NCBI GenBank assembly: GCA_047495785.1
Contig: JBLDXI010000030.1
Coordinates: forward strand, 372,001 to 436,000
Reading direction: 5' to 3'
Length of the DNA: 64,000 nucleotides
From: Lepidodermella squamata
Taxonomy: Eukaryota; Animalia; Gastrotricha
This document shows, in pieces, positions 25,929-36,042 of the stretch. The notes below the pieces were generated by a model that saw only the letters and a program-made list of their open reading frames with translations, was not told where the DNA came from and searched no databases. The position numbers were made by a program, and so were the translations under genes. Numbering within the stretch: the first letter of the stretch is position 1; every line of letters begins with the position of its first letter.

Positions 25929-26485
25929 ATGATCCTATCGATTCTATATTTTCTTACATCTCTCCATGCGGTCCTTTGTAAGTTATAAACATCATCAGTT
26001 TTACCGCTTACTTAATCAGTTGCATAGGTTTGTCATGCTACTCATATAGCAGTGTCAGTCCCGGGAGCACACTCGGAATAGCAAAAAGCGAGTGCGATGC
26101 TTGCTGGGCTTTTCAAACTGTCACGACCGACTGTGACACCACCTCTGCCACGAGAGTTGATCTTTTCATGCAATGTGCATGTCGAGCTGGATCCACTACC
26201 TGTACAGGTGTGAGACTCAAACAAGATCAATATTGTGGATTCCAAAACTTGACGACAAATACGTGCTGGGGAGCTGTGAAGGAATGTGTTTGTTGCTCAA
26301 ATTACTGCAATCATGAAAATTTCTGCATTCCACCAACCGATAAAAAGTTTTACCTTCTTACGACAGCACCTCCAAGCGATACTACGTCACAGTCAAGTGG
26401 ACGAAACACCTCTAACGCTTTAAACTTCAGATTCCTCACCGCAATAATTCCAGCTATAATCCTGATCTCGCTTCATTCAATTTAA
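25929..26485 (+). CDS. Ly6/uPAR three-finger protein B, GPI-type tail (2 exons, 168 aa), inside the Polinton
   Basis: Exon 25929-25977 (MILSILYFLTSLHAVL), 50-nt phase-1 intron (gtaagt...catag), exon 26028-26485: LSCY...CDAC...CVCCSNYCN, S/T linker, hydrophobic tail. Confidence 0.82.
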
Positions 26486-26559
26486 ATTACGCGAAACAAA
26501 TAATTTCCTGAATAAGTTTATTCTTGATGACAGTTTTGCGTCTCCATATATGCCTATTC

Positions 26560-26680
26560 ACAAAATTTGAAAAAATAAAAAAGTTGAGACGCGAGTTGGA
26601 ATCGAACCAGTTACTTTATTCATACAACAAATTTGAAAAAGTTAAAAAAACTTGTGACGCGAGATGGAGTCGAACCGCAT
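26560..26680 (-). repeat. Two tandem ~68-bp units resembling tRNA 3' halves (B box followed by oligo-T)
   Basis: Minus strand reads GGTTCGATTCCAACTCGCGTC..TTTTTT and GGTTCGACTCCATCTCGCGTC..TTTTTTT. Confidence 0.6.
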
Positions 26681-27102
26681 CCTTTATAAGCATTATAAGA
26701 AAGCGCATTTTTGTGTGTACACTGTGGCGTAGTGGATAAAGCGTCTGCCCTAGCAGACAGGCCGTACCTAGGCCTTAAACGGGGAGTGATGCCGCTAACG
26801 TGTTTGCCCAGGCGGTTAAACTGAGCAACGTCCTGGTACCGACGTAAAAAGGTCCCGTCCAAAGACGTAAAACTAAAACGACCTTGGTAGCGTCGAAAAA
26901 CCTATCACGACATTTGTGAGGTCGTTAAAACTTCTATGTTAGGGAGATGAGCAACCAGTTCTCCACTGCGGTGAAAACTGCATGTTTTAAACTGGAAGGA
27001 AAGTCGTAGAAGACCTTCAGGCATCACGGGGCGGAGACTTTTGCTTTCGCAATTTTTATTTACAGCATTATATAAAGTAATAACAAGTATATAGGTTGGG
27101 CC

Positions 27103-27185
27103 TCGTCCCGTAGCTCAGTGGTTCACGCACTGGGCTTTCCGTTTTGAGGGTCGGGTTCGAGTCCACACTGAAACAGAGAATTTTT
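27103..27185 (+). ncRNA. tRNA-like putative Pol III transcription unit (not a canonical tRNA)
   Basis: TATATAAAG ~30 bp upstream. A box TAGCTCAGTGG (27111-27121), B box GGTTCGAGTCC (27154-27164), TTTTT at 27181. The acceptor stem does not pair. Confidence 0.55.
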
Positions 27186-27278
27186 CTTTCTTTTCTTCTC
27201 TTTCTTCTTCTTTCTCTTTCTCTTTCTTCTTCTTCTTTCTCTTTCTCTTTCTTCTTCTTTCTCTTCTTTTCTTTCTTT
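27181..27278. repeat. ~100-bp pure polypyrimidine (CT/CTT) tract
   Basis: Only C and T on the + strand. Confidence 0.9.
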
Positions 27279-27281
27279 AGA

Positions 27282-27560
27282 TTAAAACTTTTGCTTTTTC
27301 ATTATCCAACTTCCACGATCCGTACTTTCAATAATATGACTGCTCAGAAGCGAATTAGATTGTCGAATTTCGCCCACTTCACGAGAATTCAAACAGTAAA
27401 AGTCATTTATAATATTCAGTAATATATTATTCTCCTCGGTGAAATCGAACACCCAGCCGTAGCAATTATCCATGTACATATCCAATTTCGATAAATAGAA
27501 CTGAAGGCTTTTGAGTTCCTGAGGGCTTTTGGGGTACTTGATCATTTGCTCCATTTTCAC
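27282..27560 (-). CDS. Small hypothetical Polinton protein
   Basis: 92-aa ORF directly downstream of, and co-oriented with, pPolB. No motif recognised. Confidence 0.4.
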   Translation of the reverse strand: MKMEQMIKYPKSPQELKSLQFYLSKLDMYMDNCYGWVFDFTEENNILLNIINDFYCLNSREVGEIRQSNSLLSSHIIESTDRGSWIMKKQKF

Positions 27561-27587
27561 CTTATCTTATAAGCCTCACTGCTTTAA

Positions 27588-30500
27588 CTAAAAGAGGGAA
27601 TCGCTACTTCTCATCAGCTGCATGAAATCAATCATGAAATGGCCGTGCGCGAAAGTGTTGATGCCATCATCACTGACCCATCGCTTATCATCATAGGGAC
27701 ACAGGGCAACCTTGGAACTTTGCATCGTAACTAAATTATGGGAGAATGATCGAATCTGATTGAAATTTATATTGACTACTTTCTTGTTCTTCACGCAATC
27801 CCTGTAATGGTCGAATGTCAGCTTCGACTTCACGCCCTGCCGCTTAACTCCCTTCGCCTTTTTTATTTCATCTTTTTCTGAGTACAAAATTGCATAGACC
27901 TTGGATCGTGCCCCGGCGAATTCTCGTATTACACGTCCCTTTGCTTCGTCTTTAAATACGCCGTTAGTTTTACAGTTGACAGTTGAGAATAGGAAGTGAT
28001 CTTTAGGATAATCAGAGAAATCGAATAGGTTTTCGATAGGTTTCATGTCTGTGTAAACGTCTTCAGTTGTGATATGGTAGCACAACGAATCTGTGTCTGT
28101 GAAAAGAAGCTTAGCTTTGTCGCCGTACTTTCGTTTGATGACATTGTAGTGGAAGTCGTACATATGCACCTTGGACAAATCCAAAATGGCTGCTCCAACG
28201 ATAATTGGTCGATCATAAAAGATCTCAGTTTTTGCCATTTCCACGCTGAACAGCTCGTCACTTATCTTCTTAGCGTCCTTGAATGTTGGTTTGTTTACTA
28301 GTTTCTGAAGCTTCTTAGGGCAAGTAACCAGTTTTAAGTCAATGCGATTCCGAACGTTCTCACAAGTTTTACCGAAAATGACGTTATTCATCAGTTTGAA
28401 AAACCCCTTCTCAAATTCGTTGCTAGCCTCTTTTCGCTTTCGAGTATTGAATGCGATATAGGGCTCGGCCCAATTGCTCTGTTTGAACTTCAAAGCTCGG
28501 TGCACCTTTTTCAGAACTAAACCATTATCAAGAGCTTGCTGTAGCGCGCGATAGTGCATGACGTAATGTTTCTTGTCGTTCAGATTTTGTGTTAGCTTTT
28601 TCACCTTCGCCGGCCGGTTTAGTCCTAATTGCTTATGCAGATCTTGCATGTGAGGGCTCGGTTCGCAAAGAATATGCTCTGGACAGAACGGATAGTCATT
28701 ATGTGAGTCATGAAGCCTTGCAGGATAGTCGATATCAACCTCCAGCATGTACCCGAATTCGTCTTTGGCCCCAAGTGACTTCACGAAATCTTTGGTGATT
28801 GCTTCAGGACCAATCCATTCGAAGTCTTTCTGCGGTAACCACTGGGTCATCGCGAAAGAATAAAGCGCGTTGGCGTCCCAATACATTATAAACGATTTCG
28901 GAGCATTTGCGTCATAGTCTGTCATCCCTTCGTTATTAGCCTTCGCGTACCTCCCAGGAATAACAGCTATACCGCCTCTTATGCCTTTTTCAACGAATTC
29001 AAGCATCTCCTTATTATCAAAGAGATCCAGTTCAACACGTGTGTATTTCAGCATCGCGTCCCAACTTAACCCAGGTGCACCTAAATAATGCGCCGGGTCC
29101 AGATCGTAATAGCTTATGCAGGTGTCTCGAAAACTGTCAAAACAATCTGCTAACAAGAGAACATCTGTTTTCAAATACAGGTCGTGGTAGTCTTTCAGAG
29201 TTTTGCAATTCAGTTTTGTCCAAACGGCTTGTGCGTGTTCATAATCCTCGTCAGATATAGAAGTTATTTCGATTTTGTTATCATCAAGCGAACAAGAATT
29301 TAGTCTGTTTGAGAAATGCGACTTATTCGGTAGCTGAGTTTCATTCAGTTTGTCGAGGCTATCTATATAATCGTACGGATAAACTCCCTTTCGAAGCAGC
29401 AGGGATCTTTGTTCAGTTGTGAACTTAGAAAGCTGTTCATCAAAATGAGCGAATCTCTTTCCCGATTTTTTCAGATTACTGACTATTTGGTCCAGGCTTT
29501 CACTCATAAACTGAAACGAATCGATAAATCGAAGTTTGCCTATACTAAAACTTAAATACTTTTCCGAGGAATTAGCTATGACGTCAATCGTCAACAGGTT
29601 TGGTCTTTTCTTTTTGTCTTCTTTTTTGAAATTTGCAATCTTTTCTCCATTGATTTCGTTTATCAAGTGCGAATCGTACCCACTCAGGTTATGAAAAACA
29701 ACCGGGATGAAAGAATGCTTGAGATTCAAATTCAGATTGCAGGCATTATGAGCAGCTCCTCTGAAACGGCCTGTAAGATGGTCATGATCGCGGACTTTAT
29801 CGTCGCCCAAGGCGCTTCGGCAAACATGGCAGTGCTGTGCATTATCATAACTTTGTTGCTCTGGTTGAGATAACACCATGTCTTTATTGGTTTCCTGGAT
29901 AAATTTCCTCAAACTGTATTGCTTTTTAATCAAGAATCTCAGGAACTGCTCCGCACAATTTGCCCCTTGAAACTGCCAATACTTCGAACGGATCTCAGGT
30001 ACCTTACTAGCCAGTAAACATCCGAAGGAATTCGCAACATGCTTCTGATAAATCAAGGACCTACCCTTTTGAACATCGGAATTCGTTAGCGTAGTCTCCG
30101 CATCACAATAGAAAACAAACGGTACTTCAAGCTGCTTGTAGTAATTTTTGAAAATAACTCGGCTACCTTTCGGAGGAAACTTCACTATGACGTTGCCATT
30201 TACTATGCAATTATGCTCTTTAAGCTTTATTTCGCTGTCGAATCCAGTCAGACACTGTAAGCACCAATGCTTTTTGTGCTGATCAGAACTAGGCAGCAAC
30301 CGGCTCAAATTTTTTATCCAGCTGAAGTGTGCTATCACCTTAGCACCGTCTCTGAGAGTAGTTCGCAGTAGGTTAACTTCTTGGGCGTACGGTTTCTTCG
30401 ACGCGTAGTATGAAATAAGGCGATGGCAACCATCTTTTTCTTTGTATTCAATCACGTTGATCTTTATCCTATTCTGATCTTCAAGATTTGAAATATCGTT

Positions 30501-31607
30501 CCACGAAATGGGAAACTTGATACCGTCATGTTTCAGTTCATTTTTAAATAACTTGTACTTGGATGTTTCCTGTGCATTTTTATCTACTGGATGCAAGCAA
30601 GCCAGCATGCTCCAGATTATGCATTCATCGTCGGTGTTTTTAACATTTATAACGGCCTTTTTATCAGCAATAAACTTCGGTGTTGGAATGTAAGATCCTG
30701 TCCCTAACGGGCAGTAGCTGAAAGCACAAACACGGAGTCGCGAAATGTTTTGAAAGATCCATCCGGAGCCGCGCTGCTCGTAATTCTCAATGGCACCACC
30801 AAGTTGAGAGAAGTGTTGGTCTACAACGCTCCCTATGTCATCATATTTCCTGATAACTGGGGCAGCCTTTACAGCGGAAGACCATTTATGTTCTGATTTA
30901 CTATTGTTGTCTTTTTTCCAATTCAAATCAGCGTTAAACACGATTTTGATGTTATCATTTTGCTCTAATTTTTCTTGCACGTAGTTAACAACTGATTCCC
31001 TAGCCTTTTCGGTAAATAGATGGAAATCACTTCCTGAATTATGAGCTTCAATGTCTAACCTATAAAGGATATTCTTGAAATGCTCGGGATTTTTCTGCTC
31101 ATTAAATTCCATGTAATTGTTATCCTCAAGAGAGTTAATCCGCTCGATATAATTGTAGCCTTCGGCAATCAACTTGTTGTACGTTGGTCCACCCCATTTG
31201 ATGAATTTCAAAGTCTTAGGATTTATGACATGATTTTCTTTCTGCCCTCTGAACACCATTTCACCAGCAGCATTCAAGAAATAGCCATCTTTACGCAGCC
31301 TCTGATAGTCCTGGCTGCCCCTTTTTATCTTTCTAACACCTCGTTTCATAAGCTGATTATTCGCTTCGTCATAGAAAAACTCCTTTTCAAGTTTTTTGAA
31401 GTTGGACGAACCGATAGAAATATATTTGTTTGTGATAGGATTTAATACTGTTTTCCGTTGGGTTCTCTCGTAAGGCATCCCACCCTTCGTCCAACGGTTA
31501 TCTTTTAATTCAAAACCCTTCCTCAATAGCGCATTGTATGCTCGGCCACCAACCTTAATACGACGACCGTTAGGTCCCATTACATTGGTTTCACTGTTGT
31601 CGGTCAT
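27588..31607 (-). CDS. polB: Protein-primed family B DNA polymerase (pPolB) with endonuclease VII-like insert, 1339 aa
   Basis: Exonuclease motifs (YCDAET, FHNLSGYDSHL, FIDSFQF). Polymerase motifs YWDANALYSFAM, KLMNNVIFGK and FTDTDS. Endo VII-like CHVC...RDHDHLTGRFRGAAHNACN. Confidence 0.97.
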   Translation of the reverse strand: MTDNSETNVMGPNGRRIKVGGRAYNALLRKGFELKDNRWTKGGMPYERTQRKTVLNPITNKYISIGSSNFKKLEKEFFYDEANNQLMKRGVRKIKRGSQDYQRLRKDGYFLNAAGEMVFRGQKENHVINPKTLKFIKWGGPTYNKLIAEGYNYIERINSLEDNNYMEFNEQKNPEHFKNILYRLDIEAHNSGSDFHLFTEKARESVVNYVQEKLEQNDNIKIVFNADLNWKKDNNSKSEHKWSSAVKAAPVIRKYDDIGSVVDQHFSQLGGAIENYEQRGSGWIFQNISRLRVCAFSYCPLGTGSYIPTPKFIADKKAVINVKNTDDECIIWSMLACLHPVDKNAQETSKYKLFKNELKHDGIKFPISWNDISNLEDQNRIKINVIEYKEKDGCHRLISYYASKKPYAQEVNLLRTTLRDGAKVIAHFSWIKNLSRLLPSSDQHKKHWCLQCLTGFDSEIKLKEHNCIVNGNVIVKFPPKGSRVIFKNYYKQLEVPFVFYCDAETTLTNSDVQKGRSLIYQKHVANSFGCLLASKVPEIRSKYWQFQGANCAEQFLRFLIKKQYSLRKFIQETNKDMVLSQPEQQSYDNAQHCHVCRSALGDDKVRDHDHLTGRFRGAAHNACNLNLNLKHSFIPVVFHNLSGYDSHLINEINGEKIANFKKEDKKKRPNLLTIDVIANSSEKYLSFSIGKLRFIDSFQFMSESLDQIVSNLKKSGKRFAHFDEQLSKFTTEQRSLLLRKGVYPYDYIDSLDKLNETQLPNKSHFSNRLNSCSLDDNKIEITSISDEDYEHAQAVWTKLNCKTLKDYHDLYLKTDVLLLADCFDSFRDTCISYYDLDPAHYLGAPGLSWDAMLKYTRVELDLFDNKEMLEFVEKGIRGGIAVIPGRYAKANNEGMTDYDANAPKSFIMYWDANALYSFAMTQWLPQKDFEWIGPEAITKDFVKSLGAKDEFGYMLEVDIDYPARLHDSHNDYPFCPEHILCEPSPHMQDLHKQLGLNRPAKVKKLTQNLNDKKHYVMHYRALQQALDNGLVLKKVHRALKFKQSNWAEPYIAFNTRKRKEASNEFEKGFFKLMNNVIFGKTCENVRNRIDLKLVTCPKKLQKLVNKPTFKDAKKISDELFSVEMAKTEIFYDRPIIVGAAILDLSKVHMYDFHYNVIKRKYGDKAKLLFTDTDSLCYHITTEDVYTDMKPIENLFDFSDYPKDHFLFSTVNCKTNGVFKDEAKGRVIREFAGARSKVYAILYSEKDEIKKAKGVKRQGVKSKLTFDHYRDCVKNKKVVNINFNQIRSFSHNLVTMQSSKVALCPYDDKRWVSDDGINTFAHGHFMIDFMQLMRSSDSLF

Positions 31608-31699
31608 GATTGTATATATTATACTAAGAAAATAATCTTTAAGTAATTTTCCGCAATTGAAGAAAATCTTATATAGTTTTTTTCTAATGATAATATATA

Positions 31700-31999
31700 A
31701 TGACTACAAACACGATTAAGCAAAGAGGTCGCCCGAAGAAATATCTGACTGAAGAAGAACGCGAGACAGGCTATCGTGATCAGCATCGTATAGCTTGCAA
31801 AAACTACTGGAAGAAAACTATGGAAGTTGTTAGAGCAAGTCGTGGACAGGGAAAATGTCATGAAGTAACTTCACAAATGGAAGGAGCGATCACAAGTGAC
31901 AGAATGTGTGAGCCTAAGCCTGAAAACCTTACGACGAAGGATATAGAGGAAATTATAAATCAAATGTTGGCAACAAAACTGCAAAAATTGCTCTCATAG
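31700..31999 (+). CDS. Small AT-hook/basic DNA-binding protein, divergent from pPolB
   Basis: KQRGRPKK AT-hook followed by YLTEEERE. Confidence 0.6.
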   Translation: MTTNTIKQRGRPKKYLTEEERETGYRDQHRIACKNYWKKTMEVVRASRGQGKCHEVTSQMEGAITSDRMCEPKPENLTTKDIEEIINQMLATKLQKLLS

Positions 32000-32024
32000 G
32001 CTTCACTGTGCGGTCATGATTGAA

Positions 32025-33446
32025 CTAATCCAACAAGTTATCAGCGGGCTCCCAAGTCGGCTTATCATATCCTGCCCATTTGACGTAAACCATTTCTTTG
32101 CCTTTAACTTTCTTCCTTCTCAAAATCTTTTCAACCCGGTAAAGGTTTTCTTGCTGTTGGGAAGATTTCTGCAATTCCTGTTCGTAAAAGCTACCTACTA
32201 CTGGTTCACCATCTAGAGCCTCGATTTTATAGGTTCTAGGAATGGTTTCGTTAACCTTGACGACTTTAAGAAGCTCTTCACTCCATGAAGGGTGGAAACC
32301 TTTTTCAAAGGTCTCTTTCAGTCGGCTGATCCTCACAATGTCACCAAGAGCGAACTTGGGCTTACGTAACTTTTTTTCATCTGATTCCGCGTACAAATTG
32401 TTGTGAACGATGTCTCTATTCTTTGGATCTATCGCCTGAGTTGGCGTCATTCGAATCGATCTGTGATTAGTAAGGTTGTACTCTCGAACTAGGTCATCTG
32501 ATATTGCAACCCAATTACGTGAGTTGTTAAGTGTAAAGCGTTTCCACATTCTAGTTTTAAGAGTCCTGTTAAACCTCTCGATCATAGGGTTATGAAAATT
32601 TTCATAGGTCGAGTACCGATTCACCTTATTTGCTTTCAACCATTTAGTGAAGATTGAATTATAAAATTCACTACCCTCATCGACCCAAATATTTTTAGGC
32701 TTTCGTCGGCTTGTCTTAATAACTGATGAGAAGGCATCGAAAACACTTTTTGCGTCTTTTGATTTCAGTGGGACGGCCCATGCATATCTGCTGAAGCAGC
32801 ATATCACGGTCAAAATGTACTTATAGCCATTATTGTCATCGGTCAAGTCGTTCATGAAGACTATGTCCATGCCCCATGTGTCGTCAACGTTATGCACATA
32901 AACGCGACGTCTTGGAAACCGCTTTCTTGCGGGTTTATGAAGCTCCTCAGCTAATGTTTCAAACTTCATTTTGCTAACTGTTTCTGATCGCGGCGGCTCT
33001 TGTTTTGTCTTTCGCTTCGGAATTTGTTGCGAGTAGCTAACAGGTCTCCTATCTCGAAGAGCCATGCCTTTCCCTTGCAGATGGTCAGCGATTCCACCTT
33101 CAACGAACGTTTTGTAGACAAATGCTGCCATAGCCCTCTCATAACCACTTTTCGATCGATCACTAGCAATCCTGAGTGCCTTGTCTGCAAGAATTCTATC
33201 GCTAACGGTGCGTTGCTCTCTGTCTTTGTAAAAGTGATAAGCAGCGTCATGTTCTCTGGCTGCCTCGTCCAACTCATTTATACCTCTGTAGCCCTGGCTC
33301 ATTCTTTGAACAAAATGTGTTCCTGGGCCAGCGTAGCTATATGACTGCTTATTGTTATAAGACCCTCCAGGAACGGTTTCTCCTTGAACGGGATAACTCG
33401 GTAAATGGAATTCCACCGGCAAATTGTTAATTATTCTGTCAAACAT
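32025..33446 (-). CDS. Parvovirus-type PLA2 domain fused to retroviral-like (rve) integrase with C-terminal chromodomain
   Basis: PLA2: YSYAGPGT and INELDEAAREHDAAY. Integrase: ELHKPARKRF, WGMD, WVDEGSEF, IERFNRTLK. Chromodomain: YRVEKIL...YVKWAGY...TWEP. Confidence 0.93.
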   Translation of the reverse strand: MFDRIINNLPVEFHLPSYPVQGETVPGGSYNNKQSYSYAGPGTHFVQRMSQGYRGINELDEAAREHDAAYHFYKDREQRTVSDRILADKALRIASDRSKSGYERAMAAFVYKTFVEGGIADHLQGKGMALRDRRPVSYSQQIPKRKTKQEPPRSETVSKMKFETLAEELHKPARKRFPRRRVYVHNVDDTWGMDIVFMNDLTDDNNGYKYILTVICCFSRYAWAVPLKSKDAKSVFDAFSSVIKTSRRKPKNIWVDEGSEFYNSIFTKWLKANKVNRYSTYENFHNPMIERFNRTLKTRMWKRFTLNNSRNWVAISDDLVREYNLTNHRSIRMTPTQAIDPKNRDIVHNNLYAESDEKKLRKPKFALGDIVRISRLKETFEKGFHPSWSEELLKVVKVNETIPRTYKIEALDGEPVVGSFYEQELQKSSQQQENLYRVEKILRRKKVKGKEMVYVKWAGYDKPTWEPADNLLD

Positions 33447-33482
33447 TATTCATTAGGACTTGAAATTCTAAATAAAGAGCAA

Positions 33483-34175
33483 ATGATCAATTGGGACAGC
33501 ATCGTTCAATCACAACGACAGGAGTACAAAAATGGATCTCCCTTTTTCCCTCAGCATCCTTCTCGATGTCTTATTATTGGACCGTCCGGGACCGGAAAGA
33601 CTTCAGATCTGCTGACAATACTGCATAACTCCTTTTTTCACAAGATCTACTTATATAGTAAAACTCTTGATGAGGACAAGTACGAGTACCTGATTAAGCT
33701 TCAGAAACAGAAGGAAGACATTCTTTCCAAGCAAGGAATTTCAGTAAACCTTGTTCACTCTTCCAATGACATTTCTGAAGTCATGCCTCTTGAAGGCCTA
33801 GATAAAAGTTACCAGCATGCTTATATATTCGACGATGTTTGTATGGAGCAAAAGAGGCTGCAAGAAACACATATCGGTGCAATGTGGATAAGATGCCGTA
33901 AGTACAACGCGTCAGCCTTTTATCTTTCGCAGTCATATTTTAAGATCCCAAAGGCAATTAGGGATAATGCCGATTTTGTTGTGCTGAAGAAGCTGGCTGA
34001 CAACAGGGAGCTGAGCATAATTCATCGAATATACGCCCCCTCAATTAAGACAACTGAATTTTTTGCCAAGTACAATGAAGCCGTTAGCCTTCCTCATGGT
34101 TCGTTTATCATTGACAGTCAAAGCAAGCCACAGTGTCTACGACTTAGAGCTAATTACGCTTCAATCTTCGCCTAA
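33483..34175 (+). CDS. A32/FtsK-like genome packaging ATPase
   Basis: Walker A GPSGTGKT, Walker B YIFDD, and RK...YLSQSYFKIPKAIRDN. The start may be 33405 or 33483. Confidence 0.93.
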   Translation: MINWDSIVQSQRQEYKNGSPFFPQHPSRCLIIGPSGTGKTSDLLTILHNSFFHKIYLYSKTLDEDKYEYLIKLQKQKEDILSKQGISVNLVHSSNDISEVMPLEGLDKSYQHAYIFDDVCMEQKRLQETHIGAMWIRCRKYNASAFYLSQSYFKIPKAIRDNADFVVLKKLADNRELSIIHRIYAPSIKTTEFFAKYNEAVSLPHGSFIIDSQSKPQCLRLRANYASIFA

Positions 34176-36042
34176 TCATTTTTAACTATTAAAAATTAGT
34201 TTAAATTATCTATCAAACAGTTTGAATTATCTTGGCTTTACTGATTACCTCCAGTATAAGATGAGTTCAACTGAGCGTTCAATAGGCGATCGTTAGGCGT
34301 TCAAGAAGCGATCATGTGGCTAACGAGGAGCGACCGCTGGGCGAAAAAGGAGCGATTTATTCTAGCCAGAGTGATATGCCGCTACGCGAATTAACAACTG
34401 ATGAACAAATTCGAATTCTTGAAGATTTAGATAAGCAGGAGAAGATGTACGACCGACACTTGGCCATGGTTAAAGGTGATGTCGATGGTTTTGCGCTAAA
34501 ACAGACCGATAGGCTGCATTCTGATATACGCCCATAAAAACTGTGCGGAGTATATGCGAGTATATGGTTATACACAGGGCTAATAGCATTTTGGTGCATG
34601 CACAAGAGAATGCACTCAGACGAGAGCGATCGATTCTTCCGCAGTAACATGGTATATTTGCGCATTTTGTTCTCTTGTTTTTTCATTTTTATCATCATTC
34701 TTTCTTAGATCTCCCGCATCATTTTTGCTGAAAGTAGGACATTGAAAGCATGTGCTTTAAATTACCCACGATTATAGTAATTCTGACCTGGTCTGTTCAT
34801 GGGACGGAGTAGGAATGATTTCCATAGTTGTCCATTTTAAATCGCAGCAAAATTTTCTTCTAGAATGATTAGAATCTCCGATAGATTGATAGAGGCTTCT
34901 TATCAGATTCTTTAGGAGTTTAGTGAAATCTGAGCTTACCACAAAGTTAAACTCCTGTTTTGAGGTTTCAGCAAAAATAGGGTAGAAAGGTTGTTTCGGC
35001 TGAGATTCCGAAAGTGGCTGCTGGCTACTCTGTTAGGAAAATATTCCATTATTTCGTTGTTGTGGCGTTTATCAAGCTGATAATGTGGTTTGGGCCCCTG
35101 GATAATTTGAAAATATCGCCCTTTTCCTCAAACAACTACCTCCAAAACACAACACAACTTCTGATCAAAGATAGAAAGCCAAGTTTGTCGGTTTGGGGCT
35201 CAAACTCCACCTAGAACTTGACAGCTACTTAGACGGAAACTATAGACTTATCGATCGTGCGTGAATCCTACAATCTACTAACGGTCGAAGGTCGAAGCCT
35301 TACGAACAATCGAAACAGTCTCTTAATTAGATCTAACCAGAAGTACTCTTCGTTGCCTTTTAAAATTTAGCATTTGGTATCAGACGCATGCCATCTTCAC
35401 AATGCTTAGGAGCCGACTATTCCCATGATTGCTTTGGCCGCTGAGTAGCCACATCTTTACCATATATTACCGGTGAATGGCGGCCCATTCCAGAAGGGAG
35501 GATTTGCTTGGCGGTTTCACGCTTCCTGTCAACCCTTCCTGTCAGCTTGATAAACGCCGCATTCAATGCATGGATGATTGACGTTGCGGTTATTGGGATT
35601 GAACACGGTGATTTTGAGATGCCTAGGCCGTTCGATCACATGCTACTCACGTGCTAGGGTCAGCTTTTATACGACTGGGATAACCCCATACCAAGTTTCT
35701 GCTGCAGTTAAAACTAACGCGATTTATTGGAATTTCTGGTTTATGTTTTGGCTGATAAATACCTTTCACAGCAATATACAAAGTGAAACTATCGCTTTGT
35801 TATTATATTTAAAACTCCCGATTACTGGCCACTTTAACTTCCATCTTTACTCAGTTGGGCAATCCTTCATCGGTAGCTGTAAATCTGAGGTCATACAGCC
35901 TTAGGTCAAGAACAGAACTTCTCAGATTGGCAATTCGGCTTTCGACAACTCCCTGTTTTCTATCCTTGACATTTTAATTTATGACGCTTGTCATTTAGGA
36001 CTAAAGCATTCAACGTTTCATTTTTAACAACGATTTGAGCTG

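Noticed and set aside
27103-27175. Functional tRNA gene
   Set aside because: A and B boxes are present, but the acceptor and anticodon stems do not pair; kept only as tRNA-like.
27144-27422. Hydrophobic F/S/L-rich 92-aa ORF
   Set aside because: Translation artefact of the polypyrimidine tract.
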